Position numbers and translations under genes: made by a program
Origin: Methanotrichaceae archaeon
GTDB lineage: Archaea; Halobacteriota; Methanosarcinia; Methanotrichales; Methanotrichaceae
Direction: 5' to 3'
DNA: 64,000 nt
NCBI GenBank assembly: GCA_963748825.1
Contig: CAVVKN010000022.1
Coordinates: 64,001 to 128,000 of the forward strand
Notes under the pieces: generated by a model
What the model was told of the DNA's origin: nothing
The model's database searches: none
Seen by the model: only the letters and a program-made list of their open reading frames with translations
Shown: positions 1 through 10,458 of the stretch, one piece after another
Layout: each line of letters begins with the position of its first letter
How positions within the stretch are numbered: position 1 is the stretch's first letter

Positions 1-73
1 CAAAAGCTGCTTTCGTGATCTCCGATATCGCTTTGATGTCCGACTTGATCTCATTGCGGATAACGATGTTCAT
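1..73 (-). CDS. GNAT family N-acetyltransferase (YhbS-like), N-terminus only; runs off window
   Basis: Manual translation from ATG 73: MNIVIRNEIKSDIKAISEITKAAF, a typical GNAT N-terminus; GAGGTG RBS upstream. Confidence 0.7.
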   Translation of the reverse strand, partial: MNIVIRNEIKSDIKAISEITKAAF

Positions 74-107
74 GTCCAACTCACACCTCGTGCTTTATCT
101 ATTGACT

Positions 108-166
108 GCTAAACAACGTGCATCTACCCGCGGCTGAAACCCGTTCGGGAAATGCCTTGGTTGGGC
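108..166 (-). mobile_element. Degenerate integron attC-like site downstream of the DUF3795 gene
   Basis: Minus strand GCCCAAC-CAAGG-CATTTCCCG...CGGGTAGATG-CACGTT-GTTTAGC: R''/L''/L'/R' layout with 5- and 6-bp spacers. Confidence 0.6.
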
Positions 167-190
167 TTTCTGTAAGTCCTTTGATCATTT

Positions 191-623
191 CTAGCGCCAT
201 GTGTGCTGACAATAAAGACATTGCGATTTATGAACACAGAGTATCTCACCGCATTTAGGGCAGCTCCACCTTTCTTTTTCGTTTCTGATGAAATGCCTTA
301 TGCCGAATTTTCTAATGTTCTCGAGATTGCCGATCATGCTCATGCCATACTTGGTTCTATACCGCTTATCCAAATGGTTCAGCCTGACGCAAGGAAAGCT
401 GTCACAACCAAAGCAGTACTTGACTTTAGCGTTCACCATCTTCTCACAGTTCTTGATTCGACATACTACGCAGGATTTCGATTTGAGGCTGTCGTCACCT
501 CGGCAACCGGGGCATGGTTTCTTATCTCTTGTGAATGCGACGGCAGAGGCGGCAATTCATTCCGCAGGGAGCGATTAGCTTCGTGGAAATTGCGGTCGTT
601 TTTGTCGATCTCTTTGATGTCAT
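191..623 (-). CDS. DUF3795-like Cys-rich protein, one frameshift near 540-545
   Basis: ATG 623 gives MTSKRSTKTTAISTKLIAPCGMNCRLC; after a +1 shift it continues AFTRDKKPCPGCRG...CRIKNC..CFGCDSFPC...WSCPKCGEILCVH. Confidence 0.75.
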
Positions 624-665
624 GACATGATCCTGTAGAGGCTATGTGAGGCCATCATTACTTAA

Positions 666-727
666 GCCCAACGACCAAAATCAGCGGCGGCGCGTTTCGC
701 GCCTTACGCTGGATTGGCTGGTCAGTT
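666..727 (-). mobile_element. Integron attC-like site upstream of the DUF3795 cassette
   Basis: Minus strand AACTGAC-CAGCC-AATCCAGCG-(GGCGCGAAACGCGCC hairpin)-CGCTGATT-TTGGTC-GTTGGGC; extra base in L'', GTTRRRY core; R'' AAC mutated to GAC. Confidence 0.7.
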
Positions 728-1052
728 GCCCAAGACCTTCTTCCGTCTCAATAATTGTGCTGTGCTGAAAAATGGTCGAATGCTCTCCCTCTGTTCTTTT
801 TATTTCCCCACTACAGTGTTCTGACCAAACACACATCTTCTCCAGTAAAGAACGAATCTAGAAATCCTTATATATGAATAAATTGATTTGCCTTTGAATT
901 AATATTACTTTGGTAGGACGTGTTGATGCTGGATAAAGAACTGCCAATGATCCATAGTAAAAGATTGCCCCTTCCTCTGTCGGAGGAAAATAATGAATCC
1001 TGCCAGGACAATAGCGCTTGCTGCGACGCAGAAAATACTCTGGCCAGGCTTT

Positions 1053-1394
1053 ATGGAGATCAGAGCATTAGCTAGAGAGCGATGTCTCCAGGTATGCACT
1101 CAAGTAAAAAAGATAGATGAAGAGGATTTAACTGCCGAGATGAAGGTCTTTAAGGCTGCAGCGGATGCGACCCGCCTCAAGATTCTCAAACTTCTAAGCG
1201 GAGGAGAGCTTTGCATTTGTGAGATAATGCTGGCTCTGAAAAGACCGCAGTCCTCCATATCCCATAATCTATCCATACTTGAGGACGCAGGCTTGGTAAA
1301 AGAGAGAAAAGAGGGAAAATGGTGTCGCTACAGGATCTCGGATGGGGCAGTTACTGATATGCTCAACTTAGCCGGACGGCTTAAGAGAAAGTAA
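1053..1394 (+). CDS. ArsR/SmtB family metalloregulator
   Basis: FKAAADATRLKIL...ELCICEI...QSSISHNL..LEDAGLV..RKEGKW; start codon uncertain. Confidence 0.9.
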   Translation: MEIRALARERCLQVCTQVKKIDEEDLTAEMKVFKAAADATRLKILKLLSGGELCICEIMLALKRPQSSISHNLSILEDAGLVKERKEGKWCRYRISDGAVTDMLNLAGRLKRK

Positions 1395-1410
1395 TTGATT
1401 TGCCAATGGG

Positions 1411-2219
1411 GTGGACAATATGGTTGGAGGACAGGCAGACGTTAAGCTCGTGAGCAACGCCATGGCCAATGCCACGAGAAGGAAGATCATGGCCATGCTG
1501 GTTGAGAAAGAGAGAACTAGAGTTGAGGTCGAGCAGGCAGCGGGAGCCAGCATGCTGGACTATCACCTGCAGATGCTACAGCAGGCGGGCCTTGCCGATA
1601 TGAAGGAGGACCTGATCGTCCTGACCGATTTCGGAAAGAATTTCATGGATACCAAGACCGAGAAGCCAGCCGTTGCCAGGAAGGACCTTTCCGGAACCGC
1701 GCCCCTGCAAGATAACTGAGGTGCGGCAGCTTCTTGCCCTGCATTGCCGATGTCTCCAAATTTCGCATCATCGCCCGGCTGGAGCCGAATTTGGGCGGGG
1801 CCCTAAAACTACTGGAGCCTCTCTTTCCCAGGGCCAGGTTCTCTGAGAGGATCGGAGCCCTCATCATTCAAAAGGGCAATGTCCTCATCACCCTCTACTC
1901 TACAGGCAACGTGACCATGACCATGATCAGCAGCGAGGCCGAAGCCCGGGCAGTTTTGGAAAGCCTGAAAGAGACCATCAATAAGGCCATCGCTAGCGGC
2001 GTAACTCCCGTTCCCAGGGAGAAGGTCAAAGTGGATCACGCTGAGGTCTACAAATATCTGCCCAAGACCGACTGCAAGATCTGTGGAGAGCAGAGCTGCT
2101 ACGCCTTTGCCATCCGGCTGGTGGGAGGAGAGACAGCTTTAGAGAAGTGCACGCCCCTTCTAGAGCCCAAGTTCGCCACCAGCCTGGAGACGCTGCGAGC
2201 CCTGCGAGAGTATTTGTGA
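1411..2219 (+). CDS. Winged-HTH plus (Fe-S)-binding fusion protein, split by apparent frameshifts at ~1708-1733
   Basis: ORF 1411-1719 is ArsR-like HTH (LDYHLQMLQQAGL); ORF 1734-2219 has PCIAD and LPKTDCKICGEQSCYAFA...CTPL; the bridging frame reads ITEVRQL. Confidence 0.75.
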
Positions 2220-2275
2220 ACGGTATGTTGTGAGCAGTATGTTATGAGTAGTATGGAAAATTTGAGGACTCGCAG

Positions 2276-2647
2276 ATGGGCACACTGACCATCATCCTGA
2301 CGGACGGGCCTTACATCTCGCAGTATGCCGAGATGGCCTACAAGATTGCTAAAGTGGCCCTGAAAGCGAATGCGCACAGAGTAAATATCTTCCTCTATCT
2401 GGATGCGGTTCATATCCCCAAAGCCGGCCAGAATCCCGCTTTTTTTGCCAATGCGGGAGAGCTCTTTGCCGAACTGGCCCGGCTGGGGACAAAGGTGGAG
2501 GCCTGTCCCAGGTGCGCTACAGCGCGGGGCTATGCGCCCGAGGTTGGAACCAGCGATGACTATGTAGAGGGGATCAAGATCACCAGCCTCTACCGCCTGG
2601 CACAGATGCTGGAAGAGAGCGACAGAGTGGTGACTCTAGCAAGATGA
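2276..2647 (+). CDS. DsrE/TusD-like sulfur relay protein
   Basis: LTDGPY, IFLYLDAV, CPRCATARG, ESDRVVT. Confidence 0.85.
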   Translation: MGTLTIILTDGPYISQYAEMAYKIAKVALKANAHRVNIFLYLDAVHIPKAGQNPAFFANAGELFAELARLGTKVEACPRCATARGYAPEVGTSDDYVEGIKITSLYRLAQMLEESDRVVTLAR

Positions 2648-2985
2648 GATCGCTTTTCTTTCTTCTGGACAGTGCCCCCTACGGCAGCGAGAAGGCATTC
2701 GGCCTGCTCAATGCTGCAGCGGTGTCCAGCAAGATGGACGTAGTCGTGGGCCTGTATGGAGATGGCGTCTACCTGGCCCTGGCCGGTCAGGACAGCAGAG
2801 CTCTGGGACTGCCCAATCACTCCGATATCCTCTACGCCTATCCGGAGATGAGGATCTTAGCCCATGAGCTCTCCCTGGCAGATCGAGGCCTTATGAGCGC
2901 CGGCCTGGTGGAGAGAGTGGAGCTAATGGACGAGGAGAAGTTCTTTGAGGAGATGCTGGAATCGGATGGCATTATACTTTTATGA
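2644..2985 (+). CDS. DsrF/TusC-like protein
   Basis: SAPYGSE, GLYGDGVY, SLADRGL; ATGA overlap with upstream gene. Confidence 0.8.
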   Translation: MRSLFFLLDSAPYGSEKAFGLLNAAAVSSKMDVVVGLYGDGVYLALAGQDSRALGLPNHSDILYAYPEMRILAHELSLADRGLMSAGLVERVELMDEEKFFEEMLESDGIILL

Positions 2986-3305
2986 GAATATTTCTTTTGA
3001 CAAAGACGCCACACAGCGAGCGCACAAGACTCTGCCTGCGACTTGTAGCCGGCTCTGTTGATGCTGTGGTCTATCTGGCCGGGGATGGAGTCTACAATCT
3101 ACTGGGCCGGGCAGAGGCCGTTGAGGCAGGTCAGGCCGGCCAGGATTTGGTGACGCTTGTGGCCAGGAATAGAATCATAGCCTGCCGGGAAGACCTGGAG
3201 GCGAGGGGAATCTCTGCTGAGGGAAAGGCAACTGTGCCCACCGATTTCTATGAGAGTCTGGTTGATGACATGATGAGGGATGGCAGCCAGGTTTATTCCT
3301 TTTAG
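2982..3305 (+). CDS. DsrH/TusB-like protein
   Basis: TKTPH, LAGDGVY, EDLEARGI; third gene of a coupled DsrEFH-like triad. Confidence 0.8.
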   Translation: MRIFLLTKTPHSERTRLCLRLVAGSVDAVVYLAGDGVYNLLGRAEAVEAGQAGQDLVTLVARNRIIACREDLEARGISAEGKATVPTDFYESLVDDMMRDGSQVYSF

Positions 3306-3420
3306 CTTTTTCTTTGCGGCAAATTATTTAAAAAATTATAGATTTATAGAGATAATATCTTTTTTAGCCCACTTCAAATTACAGAAACTCGGCACACTAC
3401 CAGTATTGCTCAAGGTTAGG

Positions 3421-4191
3421 TCAATAATCAAACCCTCGGATGAAATTGGCTATATTATGCTGAAGATTTGCATTGTATCCGCCTTCCAGAATGGCGAAGC
3501 GCCTCCCCTGGCATCTATTCTCCGCGGCCTCTCGGACGGCCTGACCTATTTTGAAGAAATCGTCATTTGAAAGCAGTCCCCCCCAATCCTCGATATAAGT
3601 GTCGAAACCGGCCGAGACACCAACGATGTCATATTCGAAGCCCTGAAAGGCTGCCTCGACCTGTCTCCTGTAACCGCTGGCATCCATGGTCAGGTAATCG
3701 AAGTTGGCATCCACTGATCCAGGATTGACGATCTTGACATCGTGATCTCCCCGGAATATGCTCACCGTTCCATCTCCAAAGTGCAGATCGATATCAATTA
3801 TCAGCACCTTCTGAGCCCTCGGCCTGATCCGCTTCACGGCTATTGCCATGTTGTTGAAATAGCACATCCCCCAGGCCCGGTTAGCGGCGGCATGATGCCC
3901 CGGCGGCCGGATCAGCGCGAAAGCGGGCTCACCTTGAAGGGCCAGCTCGGCGGCGCAGATGGCCCCGCCCGCTGCTAACGATGCTGCTTCAAAGTGCCCG
4001 CTCCCTCTTACGCGATCGATATGCTCTTTTCCATGCACCTTGCCGATGTCCTGCAGGCTGCAATTCTCCGGCTCTACGAACTCATAGCCGGCCTTTCGCA
4101 GCTCAACTGCCGGCAACCTCACTCGATCCGGATTTTCAACCGGGTTGGCCGGATATCTTTCCTCATATTTTTTGCTGTATACAATTTTCAC
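3421..4191 (-). CDS. Histone deacetylase family protein
   Basis: ENPDRV, RPPGHHA, GMCYFNN, DIDLHFGDGT, SAGFD, LEGGY. Confidence 0.95.
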   Translation of the reverse strand: MKIVYSKKYEERYPANPVENPDRVRLPAVELRKAGYEFVEPENCSLQDIGKVHGKEHIDRVRGSGHFEAASLAAGGAICAAELALQGEPAFALIRPPGHHAAANRAWGMCYFNNMAIAVKRIRPRAQKVLIIDIDLHFGDGTVSIFRGDHDVKIVNPGSVDANFDYLTMDASGYRRQVEAAFQGFEYDIVGVSAGFDTYIEDWGGLLSNDDFFKIGQAVREAAENRCQGRRFAILEGGYNANLQHNIANFIRGFDY

Positions 4192-4552
4192 ATTTCTGAA
4201 GTTGAGTTAGGAAGACTTAATCCATTCGACCGAAACAGTTGTCTTATATTCGATAAGTACGTAATGTAATTAAATTAATTTCGCTACTGATTAATACCAT
4301 TGCAGGATAATAATCTTGGAAGTTAAAGGAATCTCTCTAGCATTAAAGGAACGAATAATTAGCCTAATGTTCCTTTTTTGATAAAGGATTCTATCTTAGG
4401 ATATTGGGGGAATTTTAATAATTTTATGCGAATGTGGCGAGATTATAGATGGAGATACATTCAAAGATTATATAAAAACTTCTGCAAATCCCTCGACGCC
4501 AACTATTGGGCATAAAAAATGCGGGCATGTATTCAACTTTATTGATGGAAAG

Positions 4553-4750
4553 ATGCCTAAGCTCTATTCATCGAAGAAAGAGCTGAAAAGCATAGCTTTA
4601 AAATTTGCAGAGAACCATAAATTCAGTTACGAAGATATCGAACGCCTACTGGTTGAAGTTGACCGGCTAAAGTCATCTGGAAATCTTTCAGACGGGGAGA
4701 TCCTGATTGCAGCCTTCCGAAAAATTATGACGAAAGAACGTTTATACTGA
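4553..4750 (+). CDS. Small hypothetical protein
   Basis: 65-aa charged helical ORF after an AT-rich intergenic region. Confidence 0.5.
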   Translation: MPKLYSSKKELKSIALKFAENHKFSYEDIERLLVEVDRLKSSGNLSDGEILIAAFRKIMTKERLY

Positions 4751-4922
4751 ATTTGAAAGTAGTTGCTAACAACACCTTCCCCCAAATTAAGCTCATCCGA
4801 CCTGAAACTTGCTGGTGAAATATGCGTTCTAGCATTGAGAGTTGCAGCGGCGTCCCACATTTCCCCACAGACCTCCGCTCCATCACAAGGGCTATATGAT
4901 ATGTCTTCCAAGGCATGAGGCG

Positions 4923-5267
4923 ATGCCCAATTTCAATGTCCTGCTGGAAGGTGCCTGGCTGGTAAGAGATGTCAAGACTGAGGATGACGCCATCGGTGTG
5001 GCCATCTCGGAAGCCGGCAAGCGATTGAATCAGAGAAAGATGGACTTCGTCGAGGTGGAGATGGGTCAATGGGACTGCCCGGAGTGCAGCGAGCCTTTGC
5101 CCGGCGTATTTCTCGTCGCCAGCACAGCCCTGGTGGCGTTGCTCTTTGAGATGAAGATATTCAATGCAGAAAGTGAGGAGCATGCCGGGCGCATAGCCAA
5201 ATCTTCTATTGGAAAAGCACTGGGGGCCATACCACTAAACGTTCTGGAGACGGATCAGATCAATTAG
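4923..5267 (+). CDS. DUF555/UPF0212 family protein
   Basis: LEGAWLVRDV..DDAIGVAISEAGKRLN, CPEC, FNAESEEHA.RIAKS.IG. Confidence 0.9.
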   Translation: MPNFNVLLEGAWLVRDVKTEDDAIGVAISEAGKRLNQRKMDFVEVEMGQWDCPECSEPLPGVFLVASTALVALLFEMKIFNAESEEHAGRIAKSSIGKALGAIPLNVLETDQIN

Positions 5268-5273
5268 CCTTTT

Positions 5274-7582
5274 TCAGAAAAATCCCTTTCTGTCGTCGCC
5301 GGAGCTTTTTGGCTTAGGTTTTGTGGCAGTTTTTGCTGTAGATTTGGCAACACCCAATCCCAGCGACCTAGCCAGCTCCCTGAGATCTCTTTTGCCCGGC
5401 TTTGCAGCTTTTGTTCTCCTGGGCATTTGCAGCTCCTCATGACTTGTCTTATTCTCGGGAGGTTTCATCATCTTCCACTCCGCGATTTTTTTTAGAATTA
5501 TTTCTCGGCCCTCTTTTGCGTCTACTAATATCAAATCCTCTCTCACCCAATCCGGCAAAAATGAATTGACGCCGCCCAGGCTGTCATCCCCAAACCGGCG
5601 ATCGCAGAACAAGAGCACCCCCCTTTCCGATTCAGCGCGAATGACTCTTCCTGCTGCCTGCAGTCCCCGGTTGACGGCCGGCAGGGTATAGGCGATGAGC
5701 ATTCCCTTGGCCCGGCCATACTTTCTGGTATAGTAGCCGTTGATCTCTTTTTGAATCTCATCGTATGCAGCCAGGGGCAGGCCAACCACAGCCACCCCGT
5801 TTAAAGCCTCGCCCTTGTAATCAATTCCCTCGGCCATCTTTCCACCGCATACACCCGTTAAGACGCCTCCGCCCCGCCCGGCCAGGCGGAAGAAATCCTG
5901 CAAAATAGATGGCACATCATCGCTGCTTCGAGGCTCTACGCATAGCTTCTTTCCCACCTTGCGGCAGGAGGTGAGACATATTTCTCGGTAATTGTTCATC
6001 ATTGGATAGGAGGTAAAGAAGATGGCCACATTGCCGGGAACGCATTCTATTATCGATTTTATGTGCCCGGATATCTCCTCCCTATTGTCCGCATCTTCCC
6101 TGATCTCCAGTTGAGTAGTTGCCTTTTTTGCAGCCATTAGCAGGCGGTTTTCTTTGGGAAAGGGATTGGGCAGGCTGAGCTTTTGCGCCCTGTTCTCTTC
6201 ACCCAGACAGTAAAGCTCATAGGCCTCCAGGGGCGAGAAGGTGCCGGAGAGCATAATAGTCGCATTGATGTTGTCGGTGATGCGCCGGATATTGGCGGCG
6301 GGATCGATATTGTTGACCTCAAGACGCGCAAATTTCCTGCCGCCCGAACTCGTTACGGCGATCTTTCTCTGATAGGAAGAATCCTTTTCCGCCGTCTCTA
6401 CATCCCTGAGGTAAAGCAGCACCAGTGCAAGACTGGGCTGAATGTCGCCCTGCAGGTTCTCGCGATCGCCTTCTGCGAGATTCAGGTCGGCTACAGCCAC
6501 GGCAACATCGGAGAAATTAGATAGCGCTTCATCAATATCTTCGATGCCATCGTAAAGAAAGGAGCGAAATAGATCTGCGTCCAAGAGAGCCTCCCCTTCC
6601 GGCATCCTCTCCTGCTTGCTCAGCAAAAATCTCTTCAGCCGGGGAAGAAGAAGGCGTATAACTCTAATTCCCTCCCGTCTCCAGGAAGCCTTTTCTCGCG
6701 TCTCTTCCAGCCGGGCCTGGCCCAATGTGCCCTCGAACCTCTCTACCTCTTTTTCCGCCAGATCTATCATGCGCATGGAAAGAAGGCGCGAGTTCATGGC
6801 CCGCACGGCATCGCCCAGGTTATGCGCCTCATCGATGATCAGGGTAACCTTTTCTGATTCCATCTCCAGCCACGGAAGATGATATCTTGAAAGTCCGGGG
6901 AAAAGAGATGGGAATAGTTCATGATCACCATGTCGCAATTTTTGGCATAGAGGCTCATGATCTCGTAAGGACAGATTCCCTGGCAGGATTCCGTTAGTCG
7001 GGATGGCGGTGTGATTCTCTTCTTCAAGCCTTCCACTACATCCAGTGCAAGACTTGATCGCCGGAAATGGACCGTTCCGTTCAGCTCGAAGCCCTCTCTG
7101 CTCCTCAGGTAATAGGGACAGAAGGTTCTGTAGCCTGGCTCCTCCTCCGGCATGTTGTCGGAAGCAGGGTCATAGATGCTTCCGCTGCTCTTGCCGATCC
7201 TTGAGGAGACATAATTTTTTGTCCACTCTCTTAGCCGGGAGCAGCCGGCATAAACGCTCTCCCCGCGAAATTCATCTTCCAGAGGACAGATCTTCTGCTT
7301 GCCCACCATATAGGCTATTTCCGGCCTGTGCCGGGTCTTTGACCAGATCTTGTTTACTTCGTCGATGTAGATATTGATCTGAGAGACCGTTCGCACAGCA
7401 ACAACTGTTTTCCCTGTAGCTGCAGCTAAAACCGAGCAAATGCAGCTCGTTTTTCCCGTGCCGGTGGGCGCGTCTATCATCAGCACGCCATGATCGCCTT
7501 TGCTTACAACATCATAGACCGCGTCTAACATCCTATCCTGGTAGGGCCGGAGCGATTCATAGGGGAAATAGTCCAGGTACAC
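5274..7582 (-). CDS. XPD/Rad3/DinG-like ATP-dependent DNA helicase, frameshift near 6875
   Basis: APTGTGKT and Fe-S Cys motifs in ORF 6839-7582; IIDEAHN, SGT, EGIDY, QAAGRVIR in ORF 5274-6938. Confidence 0.9.
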
Positions 7583-7696
7583 AAAAGAAGGATGATACTA
7601 GGAAGAGATAAATGCTCTCCACAGGGCGAAAATGAAACTCGAAATAGAAAAGTTAAAATTGTATTGGAGACTTGGTAAACCAAGGCAGCACTGAAG

Positions 7697-8299
7697 GTGG
7701 GGATGATGAAGAGGATCATAGTAATTTTATTTATGATTGTGGCAGCAGCAGCTCTACTGCAGGCGGCATCTTCCAGCAAATCCGATTCCATTGGATCCGT
7801 TTTCTTTACACCCGGAACAGACATCAAAAAGGTGGAGGATAAAATGGCTGAGGCTTTGGTCAGGCTCGATTCCTGGAAGAAGGCCCGAGCAGAAGAAAAG
7901 AGAGAACCGCTTGTCAGCGAGATCGAAAAGGCCAAATTGTCCAGCAGCCCACCGGTCAATTTAGCTCTGAATAATTCAACTCTCAATAATATCAGCATCA
8001 ACAGCTCGCTTGGGAATTCTTCCCTTCTCAACTCCTCGGTAGCCAAAGTCTCTGATGCCAATGAAGATCGACTGAAATCCAATGAGGTTGTTTCATCAGA
8101 TCCTGCAAAAATCGATGCAAATAACCTGTCAGCCCGGCAGAATGTTGGATCCAGCTCCAAGGGGAGCTTTAACGGCTACTACGGCATGACCGCCACCCGG
8201 CATGAGATGGGCAAGAGCGGTATAAATTCTAAGATGTTTTTGAGCGGGAACTTTGAGATGGACAAGACTGTCAAATTCCAGGACCAGGGCGTCGATTAA
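7697..8299 (+). CDS. Secreted hypothetical protein
   Basis: Signal peptide, Asn/Ser-rich linker, C-terminal LSGNFEMDKTVKF. Confidence 0.7.
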   Translation: MGMMKRIIVILFMIVAAAALLQAASSSKSDSIGSVFFTPGTDIKKVEDKMAEALVRLDSWKKARAEEKREPLVSEIEKAKLSSSPPVNLALNNSTLNNISINSSLGNSSLLNSSVAKVSDANEDRLKSNEVVSSDPAKIDANNLSARQNVGSSSKGSFNGYYGMTATRHEMGKSGINSKMFLSGNFEMDKTVKFQDQGVD

Positions 8300-8314
8300 G
8301 TCGCGGGGCAGAGA

Positions 8315-9559
8315 ATGAAATGCATTGCTTTTATTTTTATTTTTCTTGTCCTGCCGGTTTGCTTTTCGGCTCAGGCAGCCGAGCCCAAAGAGGAGTGGAA
8401 TTTAACCTTTGGGGGGCAGTACGGAGATGGAGCCTGGTGTTTGCAGGAGACTCTGGACGGCGGCAATATCCTGGTGGGAAATTCTGCATCTAGAGGAGAG
8501 GGAAGCGACCTGTTCCTGATCAGAACCGATGGATTGGGAAAATGCATCTGGAGCAAGATCCTAGGAGGATCGGGAGAGGACGTGGGATACTTCGTGCAAG
8601 AGACGAGAGACGGCGGATTTATTGTCACGGGAAGCACAAAATCTTTCGCCATGGGCGAGGAGCTCTTATGGCTTGTCAAGACGGACGGCAATGGGAGCCT
8701 CAGTTGGGATAAAACCTTTGGCGGATTTGTATCCTCTTCCGGGGATGGCGGGTGGTCTGTTGATGAGACCGATGACGCAGGCTTCATCACAACCGGATAC
8801 ACTCAATCACTGGGAAGCGGCAGAAAGGATCTCTGGCTGATTAAGACCGATGGACAGGGCAGCAAGATCTGGGATAAAACCTTTGGCGGGCGGGAAGATG
8901 ATGTGGGCATGTCCGTCTTGCAGAGCCGGGACGGCGGATATATTGTGGCTGGACGGACTGCATCCTTTGGCAAAGGAGGAGACGACATCTGGCTCCTTAA
9001 AACCGATTCCAGGGGAGAAGAGCTTTGGAACGCAACCTTTGGCGGTAAACAGGATGATGCCGGCTTTCAGGTTGTAGAGCTTAGAGATGGCTATGCTGTG
9101 GTGGGCAGGACAGAATCGGGCTCGGATAAGAAGAAGATCATTCTCATTAAAGTGGATCTTGATGGCCAGAAGCTGTGGGAGAAGACTTTCAAGGGAAGCT
9201 CGGCCTCTTCACTGCAATCGACTGCAGATGGCGGCTTTGTCATTGCAGGAAGAATAGACAACAAAGAAACCGGAAGAGATGCGCTCGTCATTAAGACCGA
9301 TTCCACAGGCAGCGAGGAGTGGTCGATGACCTTAGGAGGCAGCGCAGACGATATCGGCACCTTCGTAATTCAGAGCAGAGATGGCTCATATACGCTGGCT
9401 GGCATAACCAGCTCCTATGGGCTTGGAAGGGAGGACGCCTGGCTGGTCAAGATTCGAGAGGGACCGCCAAGCAAGGAAAATGAGACACAATTGAAGAAAT
9501 TAGTATTTCCAAATTCTGCATCGCTCAATTCAGCATCATCCAATTCAACATCGACCTAA
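8315..9559 (+). CDS. Secreted beta-propeller repeat protein
   Basis: Signal peptide and about 7 repeats of WDKTFGG..DD.G.SV.QT.DGG.IVAG...D.WL.KTD..G. Confidence 0.85.
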   Translation: MKCIAFIFIFLVLPVCFSAQAAEPKEEWNLTFGGQYGDGAWCLQETLDGGNILVGNSASRGEGSDLFLIRTDGLGKCIWSKILGGSGEDVGYFVQETRDGGFIVTGSTKSFAMGEELLWLVKTDGNGSLSWDKTFGGFVSSSGDGGWSVDETDDAGFITTGYTQSLGSGRKDLWLIKTDGQGSKIWDKTFGGREDDVGMSVLQSRDGGYIVAGRTASFGKGGDDIWLLKTDSRGEELWNATFGGKQDDAGFQVVELRDGYAVVGRTESGSDKKKIILIKVDLDGQKLWEKTFKGSSASSLQSTADGGFVIAGRIDNKETGRDALVIKTDSTGSEEWSMTLGGSADDIGTFVIQSRDGSYTLAGITSSYGLGREDAWLVKIREGPPSKENETQLKKLVFPNSASLNSASSNSTST

Positions 9560-9618
9560 CATGTTCAAGCAGAAGCTACCGGAAATGAGATTAGCGGAGA
9601 AGAAAAAATTTTTAAAAG

Positions 9619-10356
9619 ATGAGATGCATAGAGCCACTGATGCCAACACACGTCAGGATCTCTGAAATAGGCCTCTATCTGCGCTGCCCCCGGCTGATTT
9701 ACTTTGAAAATCTGAGAAGGACGCCCAAAAAGATCGATACCAAGCAGATCCTCCTAAGAAGCCTCATGCTCTCTTTTTCCCAAAAAAAAGATCTGGAAGG
9801 CCAGCTAAAAGAGAGCCTGGCCAGGTTGGAAGCGGAACTGCCTTTGGTTTATGAGATCGAGCCGGATGAGATGGAGCCGGCCTGCCGGGAGCTGGAAGGA
9901 GAGATTGCCGGTATTGCCCAGGGCCTGGCCGGGCACCTGGACCTTCTGCTTCCCTGCCAGGCAGAGGTTGACCTTTTTTCGGATAAATTGGGCCTCTCCG
10001 GCAGGCTGGACCGCCTGGCACCGGGCAGCACTCCTTCCCTCATCCGCACGGGCAAAGCCCCGCAGGACGGCATCTGGAAAAGGGACAGGCTCATGCTGGC
10101 GGGTTATGCCCTGCTCTTGGGCGAGAAGAACAAGACGCATATAAATCAAGGACTGGTGGAGTATCCGGCCCTGGCCCTGGTTCGAGCCGCTGAGATCCAC
10201 AGCGTAGACAGAGCACGAGTGCTGCGCATTCGAGACAGAATAAGGCTGATAAAAGAAGGGCAGCTTCCCGACCGGCCCGAGGATGCACCCTGCCAGGCTT
10301 GCGAGGCGAGGGAGATTTGCGAGACCAGGCATAGTCTGGCGTCGAAATTCTTTTAG
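9619..10356 (+). CDS. Solo Cas4/Dna2-like PD-(D/E)XK nuclease with Fe-S cysteines
   Basis: YLRCPRLIYF, LSGRLDRL, C-terminal CQAC....IC; no CRISPR array or other cas genes nearby. Confidence 0.85.
   Translation: MRCIEPLMPTHVRISEIGLYLRCPRLIYFENLRRTPKKIDTKQILLRSLMLSFSQKKDLEGQLKESLARLEAELPLVYEIEPDEMEPACRELEGEIAGIAQGLAGHLDLLLPCQAEVDLFSDKLGLSGRLDRLAPGSTPSLIRTGKAPQDGIWKRDRLMLAGYALLLGEKNKTHINQGLVEYPALALVRAAEIHSVDRARVLRIRDRIRLIKEGQLPDRPEDAPCQACEAREICETRHSLASKFF
10229..10355 (+). repeat. Left direct repeat of island (3' end of the Cas4-like gene)
   Basis: TTCGAGACAGAATAAGGCTGATAAAAGA...GGCATAGTCTGGCGTC..ATTCTTTT recurs at 17885-18010. Confidence 0.9.
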
Positions 10357-10458
10357 GGATACTCCATTAACCACTTGATAAGGCCAGGAGTCTGCCAGGC
10401 GCGATGCATGCCCTCGATAATTTCTTCTGCCTGGTAGCATGACCCAAAGCTTTTTCGT

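Noticed and set aside
203-625. 140-aa plus-strand ORF
   Set aside because: Antisense shadow of the frameshifted DUF3795 gene.
6839-6938. Programmed frameshift in the helicase
   Set aside because: No slippery sequence at the junction; a single missing base fits error or mutation better.
8315-9450. Periodic DNA repeats (TGGGATAAAACCTTTGGCGG etc.)
   Set aside because: Explained by beta-propeller protein repeats.
9619-10356. CRISPR-Cas locus
   Set aside because: Only a solo Cas4-like gene; no repeat-spacer array or other cas genes seen in the window.
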